A stretch of DNA of 64,000 bases from an uncultured Candidatus Saccharibacteria bacterium (GCA_964397435.1 CAYNHU010000002.1:17423-81422), one strand, 5' to 3'. Shown: positions 46,191 through 56,075, counted from the stretch's first letter. Translations and numbers: made by a program. Notes: generated from the letters alone by a model not told the origin.

Positions 46191-48371
46191 TTATATCTTA
46201 GGTGCTTCTGTCTGTGGAGCTTGGGCTGCTGGTGGAGTAGGTGGTTTGATGAAGTTTCGATCTGCTTCTTTAATTGAAAACGAGATACGTCCTTTTTCTT
46301 TATCAACCCCGACTACTTTTACCGGAACAGTCATTCCCTCTTTGAGTACATCAGCAACACGCATAACACGGAATGGAGCGATTTCAGAAATGTGGACGAG
46401 CCCATCAGCAAATTCTGAAACTTTGACGATTGCTCCGACTTCAAGGATTTTAACCACGGTTGCTTCAGCGGTATCGCCGACTTTCCATTCTCTTGTCATT
46501 TCTTTAATGATTGCCATTGCCGCATCGGCAGCGCCGTTTTTGCCAGTGACATATACTGTGCCGTCATCTTCGATTGTGATTTCAGCTCCAGTCTTGTCTC
46601 GGATTGCTTTGATTGTTTTACCACCAGAGCCGATGACGAGACCAATCTGATCAACTGCAACTTGAGTAACTAAAATCTTTGGAGCATTTGGAGAAATGTC
46701 AGCACGTGGCTGTGCAATTTCTTTTTCGATAACATCGAGGATTTGCAAACGTGCTTCTTTTGCTTGCACCATTGCTTCCTTGAGTGCTTTCACTGGAACG
46801 CCATCAACCTTGATATCAAGCTGAATTGCAGTCACACCATTTCGACTACCAGCAACTTTGAAGTCCATGTCTCCGTAGTGATCTTCTGGTCCTTGGATAT
46901 CAGTCAAAATTTTGTATTCAGTCGGGTTTACAGTATTCAAGATGAGACCCATGGCAATACCAGCAACTGGTCGCTTGATTGGCACACCACCATCCATAAG
47001 TGCAATTGATGATGCGCAGATTGATGCTTGTGATGTTGATCCGTTTGATGCAGTTGATTCTGATACAACACGAATTGTGTATGGGAACGACATCTTGTCT
47101 GGAATGATTGGCGTGAGTGCTTTTTCTGCGAGCATTCCGTGACCCATTTCACGACGATTCATACCGCCGACGCGACCTGTTTCACCTGCGGAATATGGAG
47201 GGAAATTGTAGTGGTGCATGAAACGTTTTGTTCCGCGAATCTCCATGCCTTCGATAGTGAGCGCTGTTTCTGGGCCACCGAGTGTGAGTATTGAGAGCAC
47301 GTGTGTCTGTCCTCGGTAGAAAATACCTGTACCGTGAAGCATTGGTGAGATACCACCTGCTTTTGCGAACAGTGGACGAACTTGATTCATTGCACGACCA
47401 TCCGCACGACGATTTTCTTTGAGTGCTTTTTCATGCACAAGATCATCGAGTGCAGTTTCGAGATAGTCTTTTGCAAGTGTTGCGACTTCTTCATTGTCAG
47501 CAAACTTTTCTGAAACGATAGTTGCCCACGCATGTTCGAGTTCACCGAATTTCTGTTTACCCAATGTTGGGTCGTCACCTTCTTTCAAAAAGATTTCATC
47601 AACTTTTGTTCCAACTGTCTGTTTGAAAAGTTCAATCACTTCAGCTGGTGTTTCTGGTTTCGCAAACACAAGTTTTGTTTTACCCATGTCCGCGATGATA
47701 CTTTTCTGCCAGTTTTCAATTTCAGCAATGTGCTTCATTGCAAAATCAATATGACCACCTATTGCTTCTTCGGTGTCTTCAAAAGCCATCGCTTCAATCA
47801 TCACTACGTTGCCATCTTTCCCACACACAGTGAGATCGAGTTCATAGTTTGATTCACCAGTGTTTGCAATAAACGGATCGTAGACAACTTCAGTTGAACC
47901 TTTTGCGCGGCCGACATGGACTGCACCAACGGGGCCGTTCCATGGAATATCTGAAACACCAAGCGCGAGTGATGCTGCGTTGATACCAAGTACACCCGGA
48001 TCACTTTGACCAACTGAAAGCACAGTGACAATAACCTGCACTGCGTTTTTAATGTGGTGTGAAAACAACGGACGAATTGTTCGATCAATAATACGTGATG
48101 AAAGCACTGCTTCATCAGATGGACGACCTTCACGTTTGTTGTACTGTCCGCCCAGGATAAGTCCTGAAGCGTAATACTTTTCCATGTATTCAACAGTTAA
48201 GTTGAAAAACCCTGGATTGTTTTTTCCGTCTTTTGAAATAACAGCTGTTGCCATAACAACAGTGTCTTCGCACTTCAAAATAACGGAACCATTAGCCTGA
48301 TCTGCCAAGTCAGAAAACAAAGCAGTCATTACTTTGCCACCGACAGTCAAGGTATATTCCTTACTATGCAT
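46191..48371 (-). CDS. pnp: polyribonucleotide nucleotidyltransferase (PNPase)
   Basis: 726 aa with two RNase PH domains and C-terminal KH and S1 domains. Confidence 0.95.
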   Translation of the reverse strand: MHSKEYTLTVGGKVMTALFSDLADQANGSVILKCEDTVVMATAVISKDGKNNPGFFNLTVEYMEKYYASGLILGGQYNKREGRPSDEAVLSSRIIDRTIRPLFSHHIKNAVQVIVTVLSVGQSDPGVLGINAASLALGVSDIPWNGPVGAVHVGRAKGSTEVVYDPFIANTGESNYELDLTVCGKDGNVVMIEAMAFEDTEEAIGGHIDFAMKHIAEIENWQKSIIADMGKTKLVFAKPETPAEVIELFKQTVGTKVDEIFLKEGDDPTLGKQKFGELEHAWATIVSEKFADNEEVATLAKDYLETALDDLVHEKALKENRRADGRAMNQVRPLFAKAGGISPMLHGTGIFYRGQTHVLSILTLGGPETALTIEGMEIRGTKRFMHHYNFPPYSAGETGRVGGMNRREMGHGMLAEKALTPIIPDKMSFPYTIRVVSESTASNGSTSQASICASSIALMDGGVPIKRPVAGIAMGLILNTVNPTEYKILTDIQGPEDHYGDMDFKVAGSRNGVTAIQLDIKVDGVPVKALKEAMVQAKEARLQILDVIEKEIAQPRADISPNAPKILVTQVAVDQIGLVIGSGGKTIKAIRDKTGAEITIEDDGTVYVTGKNGAADAAMAIIKEMTREWKVGDTAEATVVKILEVGAIVKVSEFADGLVHISEIAPFRVMRVADVLKEGMTVPVKVVGVDKEKGRISFSIKEADRNFIKPPTPPAAQAPQTEAPKI

Positions 48372-48388
48372 ATATATGTCTCTATGAG

Positions 48389-48441
48389 TCCCCAGACTTT
48401 AGTATTGAAACAAGCCGTTTCACTACTACCTGTCTGGGGGC
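48389..48441 (-). ncRNA. pnp 5' leader stem-loop (CCCCAGAC ... GTCTGGGG, about 9 bp stem with about 34 nt loop)
   Basis: Inverted repeat lies 18-70 nt upstream of the pnp start codon. It is analogous to the RNase III-processed autoregulatory leader hairpin known for pnp. Confidence 0.4.
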
Positions 48442-48485
48442 TAAGTTACCTAATAACAGCCTGACTATATCATATAAATGCATGT

Positions 48486-48514
48486 TTGACATTAGCTGTT
48501 TTGAGGGTTACTAT
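48486..48514 (+). promoter_or_regulatory. promoter TTGACA-N17-TACTAT for the 233 aa gene
   Basis: Consensus -35 box and good -10 box lie 20 bp upstream of the ATG at 48535. Confidence 0.45.
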
Positions 48515-48534
48515 CGAGTTAAATTGATTAACAT

Positions 48535-49236
48535 ATGAATAAATTAAACAGCCACTCCTTCAATTACGAAGGTATTTCCCTGACCGACATACTTACTTTT
48601 TCGACTAAGTACACTGAAGGTATTTCAGATGTTTGGGCAAAAATTGTACAGCTTGCAAAGGGTCAAACCAAAGCAGGTGTAGAACTTACCTTTTTACGTG
48701 CCGATGGCACACAAAAAACTGAACGCGCCACTATTACCAATATACGAAACAATGAAAAACGTTTTGATTTTGGAAACTATGTAGATGATGGTAATAATGG
48801 CAAAGTTTTTACCGGCCGCACTATTCGCCTCGATAATGTACTTGGCGAAATACCAGTTTTGCTTGGTTTCTCCTACTCTTCTATTTTCTGCTTTGGCAAA
48901 AAAATAGAGGCATACCGTACCTTTATGGAAAAAGTTTGGTTTGGTGGTTATGACAATAACTATGTACGTTTAACGTATATCAACACCGATGGTTCGTTTT
49001 CATCAATTGATTGTTTGACCAAAAAAGTAAACAAATCAAATTTTGAGACAGTTGACTATCGCGAGTTGCGTATTATCAACGCCAAAACAGCCGGAGTTAC
49101 CATGAAAGGTGTAAACGGCAGGCCCGATGTGCACCGCTTTGTATCCGCTAACGGTTACCTTTGTAAAATTGAACTAATTGCGAAGCCTTCGTATTCTCAC
49201 GAAGATGATGGTTTCGAATTTGGGCAAACAGGCTAA
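48535..49236 (+). CDS. hypothetical protein (233 aa), higher GC, part of the cassette inserted between rpsO and pnp
   Basis: ORF with its own promoter. No signal peptide and no known motif. Confidence 0.5.
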   Translation: MNKLNSHSFNYEGISLTDILTFSTKYTEGISDVWAKIVQLAKGQTKAGVELTFLRADGTQKTERATITNIRNNEKRFDFGNYVDDGNNGKVFTGRTIRLDNVLGEIPVLLGFSYSSIFCFGKKIEAYRTFMEKVWFGGYDNNYVRLTYINTDGSFSSIDCLTKKVNKSNFETVDYRELRIINAKTAGVTMKGVNGRPDVHRFVSANGYLCKIELIAKPSYSHEDDGFEFGQTG

Positions 49237-49359
49237 CGTACAACAATGTAGTTTTTTATCGCTTCCGATTCCTCACAAAGGGTCGGAAGTTTTTTATTTG
49301 ACAATACTGAGTTTTGTAGTTAGTATGATGGTCATTCTTTCCTCTATAAAAACTGAATC

Positions 49360-49818
49360 ATGATTATAACCTTCAAAGACAAAACACTTTTTGGCGAAGC
49401 AGATATAACAAATGGCGCTAGTGTTGATTTTTTTATCCGCATACAGTCATTTAAAGCCGCTGCGTACTTTGTACAGGGACATCCTCACATTGCCCGTTTA
49501 GCTATTGCGGAATCAGCTCAAGATTCCTACATACAGGCCTTGGGTGCGGCACAGCTCGTTATCGTTAACGAAGGCACTACCGAGTTAGTATTTATACCCT
49601 TCGGTAATGGGTTTGATGCACCGGCTAAAAGTATTGAAACATGTAAGCATGAATTGCTGACAACCCTCGATAGATACTTCACTGCAACACCATCAACAAA
49701 AGTAATTCATATTCGTCTCGATTATTTATTTTTAATAACTGATACCACTTCTCGCAAGGGATTATGGATGCTTAACTATCTTGCCGAACAACCACACACT
49801 ATTGTTGTGTATATTTAG
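49360..49818 (+). CDS. hypothetical protein (152 aa), higher GC, cassette gene 2
   Basis: ORF followed by a strong terminator. Confidence 0.5.
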   Translation: MIITFKDKTLFGEADITNGASVDFFIRIQSFKAAAYFVQGHPHIARLAIAESAQDSYIQALGAAQLVIVNEGTTELVFIPFGNGFDAPAKSIETCKHELLTTLDRYFTATPSTKVIHIRLDYLFLITDTTSRKGLWMLNYLAEQPHTIVVYI

Positions 49819-49829
49819 TTCTAAATAAC

Positions 49830-49866
49830 AAAACGGGAATCGCGTAGCGATTCCCGTTTCTTTTTT
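49830..49866. terminator. bidirectional terminator AAACGGGAATCGC-GTA-GCGATTCCCGTTT + TTTTTT
   Basis: Perfect stem between convergent genes. Confidence 0.65.
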
Positions 49867-50368
49867 ATCTCCCCAAAACGTATTTACGTGGGTTCTCTGA
49901 CATGTCGATGAAATCGTCGGCGACTTCGCGGAGTTTCATACTTGTTGATTTGCCGAATGAGATAATTTCAACTTGTGTCATTGTCTGAAGATATTGTACG
50001 AGTGGTACAAAGTCTCCATCCCCTGATGCGATGATAATTGCATCGAGACGCGGAGCCATTTTAATTGCATCAACTGCAAGTCCGACATCCCAATCTCCTT
50101 TTTTTGCACCGCCGGCAAATACTTGTAAATCTTTTGTTTTTGTTTCGATACCCATTTTAGTGAGTGCTTCAAAAAATCCTTTCTCATCTCCTGCTTCTGA
50201 CGTAATGACATACGCGATTGCGCGTACGAGTTTGCGACCAGCAACAGCATCTTTGAGTACGTTTGCAAAATTGACGCGTGCTTTATACAGATTGCGTCCA
50301 CTGTGGTAGAGATTTTGTGTGTCGATAAAAAGTGCGACACGCTGTTCTTTATGTTTAATAGCTGACAT
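49865..50368 (-). CDS. NYN-domain (LabA-like, PIN-related) protein
   Basis: Motifs VALFIDTQNLYHS and AIIIASGDGDFVPLV are typical of NYN/LabA nucleases. Start chosen at MSAIKH; the ORF could extend to 50395. Confidence 0.7.
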   Translation of the reverse strand: MSAIKHKEQRVALFIDTQNLYHSGRNLYKARVNFANVLKDAVAGRKLVRAIAYVITSEAGDEKGFFEALTKMGIETKTKDLQVFAGGAKKGDWDVGLAVDAIKMAPRLDAIIIASGDGDFVPLVQYLQTMTQVEIISFGKSTSMKLREVADDFIDMSENPRKYVLGR

Positions 50369-50557
50369 ATAAATAATACTAATTGTTCGTTTCAAAAAAG
50401 TGAAACGGTTTATAAAAATGGAACATAGTTCCTAGTAGCGATTCGCAAGATGTTTTTCCGTGCTTATTCCAATTGTGCTTACACTTTGTGGCTGCACAGT
50501 CCTGGTCGCTGAAGCTTAGTGTACCACGCCGGCCGCGGCGAGCGCTTATCAGCGCTC

Positions 50558-50586
50558 GAACATAAAATCCGCCTTGCGGCGGATTG
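50558..50586 (-). terminator. rpsO terminator AATCCGCC-GCAA-GGCGGATT + TTTATGTT (minus strand)
   Basis: Hairpin plus U-rich tract directly after the rpsO stop. A second perfect hairpin CGAGCGC-TGATAA-GCGCTCG lies at 50539-50558. Confidence 0.5.
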
Positions 50587-50591
50587 TTACG

Positions 50592-50858
50592 TTATTCAGC
50601 AAGTTTGATTTTCTTGACGAGAGCTTCGTGACGAGCTTTGTCATTGCGCTCGAGGTACTTGAGGTGAGTGCGTCGGTCTGCAACCATCTTGATCAAGCCA
50701 CGGCGTGAGTGATTATCTTTCTTGTGTTTCTTCAAGTGAGTTGCGAGTTCATCAATACGTGTTGAGAGTATTGCTACCTGCACTTCTGGAGAACCAGTAT
50801 CAGTTGTGTGAAGCTGGCTTTTCTTGATAACAGTCTGCTTTTTCTTTGTTTTGAGCAT
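50592..50858 (-). CDS. rpsO: 30S ribosomal protein S15
   Basis: 88 aa with the conserved [15 protein letters not shown] and MVADRR S15 motifs. Confidence 0.95.
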   Translation of the reverse strand: MLKTKKKQTVIKKSQLHTTDTGSPEVQVAILSTRIDELATHLKKHKKDNHSRRGLIKMVADRRTHLKYLERNDKARHEALVKKIKLAE

Positions 50859-50895
50859 AGATATATAAAAATTAGCTTGCGAAGGCTATGTACAT

Positions 50896-50924
50896 ATAAT
50901 AACATACTTCGTTTAAAATTGCAA
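50896..50924 (-). promoter_or_regulatory. rpsO promoter TTGCAA-N17-TATTAT, preceded by a GGAGGGTC element shared with the rpmH promoter
   Basis: Minus-strand reading CAAAAAGGAGGGTCTTGCAA-N17-TATTAT lies about 35 nt upstream of the rpsO ATG. Confidence 0.45.
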
Positions 50925-51006
50925 GACCCTCCTTTTTGGAAGGTGTCAATGCTCGTTTGAGGCAAAAATATTGTCCGACATTGGTTTAGCACGTATACTT
51001 ATATAT

Positions 51007-51978
51007 ATGTCAGAGCTTGAGCGTTTGAAACAACAATTTTTGGAATACATGGAAATCGAACGTGGCGCTAGTTTGAAAACAGTGCGCAATTACGATTTGT
51101 ATGTTTCTCGCTACCTCGCATTTTCAAAAGCAAAAAGCGCGGAAGATATCACCGAAGACTCTGTCCGCGAATTTCGATTGCAGTTGAATCGCGCGCCTGG
51201 CGTCTATGTCAAAGGACAGGCGCGCGCCACAATGAAAAAAAATACGCAGAACTACTATCTCATCGCACTTCGCCGATTTCTCAAATATCTCATGAAGCGC
51301 GGTATCACCTCACTCTCTCCTGATCGTATTGAATTAGCAAAAGTTGGCGCGCGCCACCTCGACCTCATTTCTGTTGATGAATTGAGTCGATTAATGAAAT
51401 CCCCTGCGCTCGTTTTCGCTTCAGTTAAAAAAGAAGATGCACAAACAACTCGAAAAGCAGAACTCATGATGTTGCGCGACACTGCTCTTTTGGAACTTTT
51501 CTTTTCTACCGGATTGCGTCTCTCTGAATTGTGCTCACTCAATCGAGACCTCGATCTATCAAAAGATGAATTTTCAATTCGTGGTAAAGGTGAAAAAATT
51601 CGCGTTGTGTTTTTGTCTGACGAAGCAAAAACTGCAATTCGAAACTATCTTAACAAGCGAGTAGACATGGAAGAGCCAATGTTTGTTTCGGTATCGGGTA
51701 AGCGCGGCTCGCACAATGGAACAAGCGAGCCGCGCCTCACTCCTCGCTCAATCGAACGCATTGTGAAACAGCATGCAATCAACGCGGGTATTTCTCGTAA
51801 GGTTACTCCGCATGTACTTCGTCACTCATTTGCAACTGATCTGCTTTCAAACGGTGCTGATATTCGTTCAGTGCAGATGATGCTTGGTCACGCCAATATT
51901 GCGACAACACAGGTGTACACGCACGTCACTGACAAACAACTCCGTGAAGTACACAAAAAGTTTCATAGTAAAAAATAA
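51007..51978 (+). CDS. xerC: tyrosine recombinase XerC/XerD family
   Basis: C-terminal catalytic region ...LRHSFATDLLSNGADIRSVQMMLGHANIATTQVYTHV carries the R-H-R-Y signature. Start at MSELERLKQQF. Confidence 0.85.
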   Translation: MSELERLKQQFLEYMEIERGASLKTVRNYDLYVSRYLAFSKAKSAEDITEDSVREFRLQLNRAPGVYVKGQARATMKKNTQNYYLIALRRFLKYLMKRGITSLSPDRIELAKVGARHLDLISVDELSRLMKSPALVFASVKKEDAQTTRKAELMMLRDTALLELFFSTGLRLSELCSLNRDLDLSKDEFSIRGKGEKIRVVFLSDEAKTAIRNYLNKRVDMEEPMFVSVSGKRGSHNGTSEPRLTPRSIERIVKQHAINAGISRKVTPHVLRHSFATDLLSNGADIRSVQMMLGHANIATTQVYTHVTDKQLREVHKKFHSKK

Positions 51979-52018
51979 CCTCCTACCTCGTTTTGCGTGA
52001 GATGCTATAATGCCTACA

Positions 52019-52668
52019 TGGATTATTCTCACCAGAAAAAGTTTTTCCAAACAGCATATACAACAGGAAGTGACTATTGGTCACGTCTTCCGTTAACACT
52101 TAAAGGCGATGAACTTATGCGAACACTCCAGCCAGGAGCAATGATTCTTGATGTTGGTAGTGGACGCGGACGTTTCCCGTTTGAACTTGCAACACAAGGC
52201 TTTCGTGTCATCGGTATCGATATTGTCCCAAGTATTGTTGCTGCCAATAATGCTGAAGTTAAAAACTTTAAATTAGAATCAAAGCTTCGATTTATTGAGG
52301 GAGACATTTTTGATATTCCACTGACTGATGCAAGTTTTGATGCAGTGACTGATATTGGATTACTACAACACATTCATCCAGAAGATTGGAGTGAATACCG
52401 TAACGAAATTACTCGCGTCTTGAAATCAGGTGGTTACTTTTTCCTCGTTACTCTTTCCAAAGAAACACTTTCATATTTAAGTTGGAAACCAAAACAAGAT
52501 GCGTTCGGTGATTTTTCTCGAGAGGGCGTATTTTTCCATTTCTTCACTGACGAGCAGCTTTCGATTTTATTTGAAAATGATTTTGAGCTTGTTTCAAAAC
52601 ATACTGAAATTGTAGATACTCACGGAGACAAGGTCGCCTATACAAGTATGTTGATGCGTAAAAAATAG
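52019..52668 (+). CDS. class I SAM-dependent methyltransferase
   Basis: Motif I ILDVGSGRGRF and motif post-I VIGIDIV. Start at 51997 or 52019. Confidence 0.75.
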
Positions 52669-52669
52669 T

Positions 52670-53476
52670 ATGCGTATTATTTCGTGGAATACCAATGGAT
52701 TGCGAGCAACGCTTAAACAAGGTTACTTTAAACCACTCTTTGCAACATACGAGCCAGACATTGTGTGTCTTCAGGAAACAAAAGTTACACCAGAACAGTT
52801 GCCAGCATCAGCAGTAACATTTTCTGGATACACATCATTTTTTTCTCATCCAAAAGTTAAGAAAGGATATAGCGGTGTTGCAATCTATACTAAAGAAAAA
52901 CCAATTGATGTATTTTTTGATTTTCCAAAAGCACTTTTGAAAAAATATGATATGAGTGCTGATAGGTACGGTGATCCTGCTCACGAAGGACGATTGCTTG
53001 TCGCAGAGTTCAAAACATTTTATATCGTCAATGTATATACACCGAATTCAAAACGAGATCTTTCACGTATTCCCCTTCGCTATGAAAAATGGGACCCACT
53101 ATTTCTCGCACTTTGTAAGCAACTCGAAAAAAAGAAACCAGTCATCTTTTGTGGTGATTTAAATGTCGCACATCAGCCAATCGATCTTGCTCGTCCTAAA
53201 GAATCTGAAGGTTCACATGGTTTTACCAAAGAAGAACGCGAAGGTGTTGAAAAAATAATTAAAGCTGGTTTTGTTGATACATTTAGATATCTGCATCCTG
53301 ACGCTACCGGTGCGTACACGTATTGGGATCAGCTCTCTCGTGCGCGTGATCGAAATGTTGGCTGGCGAATTGATTACTTTTTTGTCTCTAAAATCCTTGT
53401 CAAGAAAATTAAAAAAGCAGAAATACTTTCAGATTACTACGGAAGCGACCACTGCCCTATCATGATTGAACTCTAA
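52670..53476 (+). CDS. xth: exodeoxyribonuclease III (AP endonuclease, Xth family)
   Basis: N-terminus MRIISWNTNGLRA...DIVCLQETK and an EEP-fold active site. C-terminal motif (G)SDHCPI. Confidence 0.9.
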   Translation: MRIISWNTNGLRATLKQGYFKPLFATYEPDIVCLQETKVTPEQLPASAVTFSGYTSFFSHPKVKKGYSGVAIYTKEKPIDVFFDFPKALLKKYDMSADRYGDPAHEGRLLVAEFKTFYIVNVYTPNSKRDLSRIPLRYEKWDPLFLALCKQLEKKKPVIFCGDLNVAHQPIDLARPKESEGSHGFTKEEREGVEKIIKAGFVDTFRYLHPDATGAYTYWDQLSRARDRNVGWRIDYFFVSKILVKKIKKAEILSDYYGSDHCPIMIEL

Positions 53477-53492
53477 TACAAAGACCTGCCTA

Positions 53493-53521
53493 TTGACAAG
53501 TTTTTATATTATGTGTATTAT
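53493..53521 (+). promoter_or_regulatory. promoter TTGACA-N17-TATTAT with TGt extension
   Basis: Lies inside the 3' end of xth and 20 bp upstream of the ATG at 53541. Confidence 0.45.
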
Positions 53522-53540
53522 TTACCTCAAATACATTTAT

Positions 53541-54029
53541 ATGAAAACAATCCTACTAATAGTTACCATATCATCTGGTAAGCTCATCGTATTTTGTGCG
53601 GCTCTAATTATAGCGATTACTGCGCTCGTTTGCAGACGTATAAAAAATACAAAAAACGACATTAAAAAACGCGATATTGCGGCAAATATCAAGGCCATTA
53701 CAGATTTTCTGCAGTTTGGTGAAGGGAAATCTACCATTGACCGGCAACTTGATGCGGTAAAACAAATGACCACATATATAGAGGAGCTACTCCCCTACGT
53801 AAACAAGGAAGGCCTGCAAAAACTCATTAAGGGTTTTGATGCCGCTAACCAGTGGTTGATTGAACTTACCGATATTGATGTGGAACTTTCCGATCCGCAA
53901 AAGGCACAGCACAACCAGCTAAGCGAAATTGTTGGCGAACTTTTTGAAAAAATAGAAAGAAAGAAACATTTGTTTCGCAACCAACCTAACATAGCAGGTA
54001 CTACTGTTACCCCCAACACCGCGCACTAA
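53541..54029 (+). CDS. hypothetical N-terminally membrane-anchored protein (162 aa), higher GC
   Basis: TM helix ILLIVTISSGKLIVFCAALIIAITALV. Start at MKTILL downstream of the promoter. Confidence 0.5.
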   Translation: MKTILLIVTISSGKLIVFCAALIIAITALVCRRIKNTKNDIKKRDIAANIKAITDFLQFGEGKSTIDRQLDAVKQMTTYIEELLPYVNKEGLQKLIKGFDAANQWLIELTDIDVELSDPQKAQHNQLSEIVGELFEKIERKKHLFRNQPNIAGTTVTPNTAH

Positions 54030-54089
54030 GATTTTATACAAACAACCTTATTACAGAACAGGCAACTTATCACTAAGTTGCCTATTTTT

Positions 54090-54755
54090 TTATTTCTTCT
54101 TTTTATAAATCCCAGGAATCCACGTACGCTCATCACGTTCACCTGTCCTCGAGAGAACGTATTCTCCAAACGTAATGTCGCGAATGAATTTTGAAAAACC
54201 AACGAGGACAAGTACACCGAGTGCGATGAGAATAATGTTGCGTACCGTACCAACACCTTCGATAACAAGTTCAAAACGATCTTGAAAATAGTCACCAATC
54301 AAAAGGAGTGCACCAACATACAAGAGTAATGCAGGTAATTCATACGAGAGAAATTTTTTGTATGGCATGTGTGTTTTGCCGGCAAGAAATGGTCCGAGAA
54401 AACGGAACTGCATCATGAATCGAGTATAAAAAATAACTTTGCCCGGATTAGCATCAATCCATGCTTGTCGAGACGCGAGTGTTTTTGCAAAAAAACGATC
54501 GTAGAATAGTTCAAGCAATCGGGCGCCTTTTCGAGCGAGCACATACATAATAGTGTCACTCACGAGTAATCCAGCAACAACCACAGGAAATACGATAAAG
54601 CCGTTAATTTTACCGATACCAACAACGTAGCCGATAGCTAAAATAACGAGCTCCTCGGGCACTGGTACAACAACGTTCGCAAGGAGCGAGATAACAAAAA
54701 TACCAATATATGAAAATGCTGTGATGTTCTGGATGATAAGCCGTGTTTCTTCCAT
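54090..54755 (-). CDS. DedA/TVP38-family membrane protein
   Basis: DedA core motif ...FRFLGPFLAGKTHMPYKKFLSYELPALLLY, polytopic. Confidence 0.8.
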   Translation of the reverse strand: MEETRLIIQNITAFSYIGIFVISLLANVVVPVPEELVILAIGYVVGIGKINGFIVFPVVVAGLLVSDTIMYVLARKGARLLELFYDRFFAKTLASRQAWIDANPGKVIFYTRFMMQFRFLGPFLAGKTHMPYKKFLSYELPALLLYVGALLLIGDYFQDRFELVIEGVGTVRNIILIALGVLVLVGFSKFIRDITFGEYVLSRTGERDERTWIPGIYKKKK

Positions 54756-54829
54756 GCGGAGAGTATACCAAACTAACTCATAGTTTGTCAGTTTTGCGCC
54801 GCGGTTCTGGTTGGTGGTATACTACTCTC

Positions 54830-55087
54830 ATGCAAGAAGTACTTCATGCAAATATCTTTTTCTTCATCACAGCAATCGGCGTGGTTGTGATTACTGTCTT
54901 ACTTACTATTGTACTTGTGTACGGTATTAAGCTTGTTCGTAACCTTTCCGATATCTCTGATGAAGTAAAACAAGAAGCACATGAATACGTTGGTGCGTCG
55001 AAAAACATGAGAGAAAAAGTTTCTCGACACCCACTCGTGCAGGCGTTTATGGGTACAAAGAAAACCCGTTCGTCAAAACGCGATTAA
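54830..55087 (+). CDS. small membrane protein (85 aa)
   Basis: Start MQEVLHANIFFFITAIGVVVITVLL... gives a single TM helix. Preceded by a TGGTATACT extended -10 element. Confidence 0.4.
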   Translation: MQEVLHANIFFFITAIGVVVITVLLTIVLVYGIKLVRNLSDISDEVKQEAHEYVGASKNMREKVSRHPLVQAFMGTKKTRSSKRD

Positions 55088-55108
55088 CAATAAGTGAGAA
55101 TACAAACT

Positions 55109-55462
55109 ATGGCAAAGAAAACAATGTCAGGTGGTGCAAAAGTTGCAGTTGGTGCAGGCCTCGCTGCTCTTGCAGTTGCAGGTATTGCTGGTGCATATTT
55201 CTTGTACGGCAAAGATGGTGCAAAGAATCGCAAGAAAGTAAAAACATGGGCACTTCGCGCGAAGGCTGATGTTATGGACAAACTTGAGAAATCAAAAGTG
55301 GTCACCGAAGAAAATTATCACATGATTGTTGATGGTGCGATCTCAAAATATGCAAAACTCAAGCATGTTGCACCAGAAGAACTCGCAGCACTTTCTAAAG
55401 AACTTAAATCACACTGGAAAAGTATTAAAGCAGAACTTGCTCCAAAGAAGGGTAAGAAATAA
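55109..55462 (+). CDS. small membrane-anchored basic protein (117 aa)
   Basis: Start MAKKTMSGGAKVAVGAGLAALAVAGIAGAYFLY gives a TM helix followed by a K-rich helical region. A terminator follows. Confidence 0.45.
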   Translation: MAKKTMSGGAKVAVGAGLAALAVAGIAGAYFLYGKDGAKNRKKVKTWALRAKADVMDKLEKSKVVTEENYHMIVDGAISKYAKLKHVAPEELAALSKELKSHWKSIKAELAPKKGKK

Positions 55463-55475
55463 TAGCTCTTCCAAA

Positions 55476-55510
55476 TAAAAAAACCGAGAGATACCTCGGT
55501 TTTTTTATTT
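55476..55510. terminator. bidirectional terminator CCGAGAGATACCTCGG flanked by A7 and T9
   Basis: Hairpin lies between convergent genes. Confidence 0.7.
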
Positions 55511-55511
55511 T

Positions 55512-55973
55512 CTATTTTACAACAGATACTGTGAGTGAATCTGGGTTTGGAAGATCGCCAGGATTTTCTTCATTAAATACAAGTGAGAGTGGTCCAGTGT
55601 ACGTTGGGTTTGTCAGACTTGTAATGGTTGCTGTGTATGGTGTTGGTGCAGTTGTCATCCAGTCATTTGTTGTTGAGAGGATTCCTGTTCCGAGTATTGC
55701 GCCATTTTGATCTTTGACTGTAACTGTTCCTGCTTGTGCTTCAAAGACTGTCCATGAGCAACCGAGTGTTCCTGCTTGTGTATTATCAACGACAGCTTGA
55801 ATTGTGAGTGGAAATGTAACTGTTGTTGCTGGCAGTGGGCTTGTGATTGTTAATCCGCACATCTCGGCAGCTACTTGTTGTGGTGCTGGAGCAGTGACTT
55901 TTTGCTGCTGTATCATGTACACACCGAGTACGATGACACCGAGCGTAAGAATAGAAAAAAGGATGTTTTTCAT
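55512..55973 (-). CDS. secreted hypothetical protein (153 aa, signal peptide, Thr-rich beta-rich)
   Basis: Signal peptide MKNILFSILTLGVIVLGVYMI. Confidence 0.5.
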   Translation of the reverse strand: MKNILFSILTLGVIVLGVYMIQQQKVTAPAPQQVAAEMCGLTITSPLPATTVTFPLTIQAVVDNTQAGTLGCSWTVFEAQAGTVTVKDQNGAILGTGILSTTNDWMTTAPTPYTATITSLTNPTYTGPLSLVFNEENPGDLPNPDSLTVSVVK

Positions 55974-56075
55974 ATATGTATTTTTATTACGAATATACTA
56001 CCAAGTATATCACGATAGCTATATACAAAAAGTACATTGACAGAGTATCCAACCACACATAGTATGTGAGTATAT

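Noticed and set aside
51007-51978. Tyrosine recombinase considered as a phage or ICE integrase marking a mobile element.
   Set aside because: The sequence has the XerC/XerD-type N-terminal core-binding and C-terminal motifs. No adjacent phage or transfer genes or att-like direct repeats were seen. It is most likely the chromosomal dimer-resolution recombinase.
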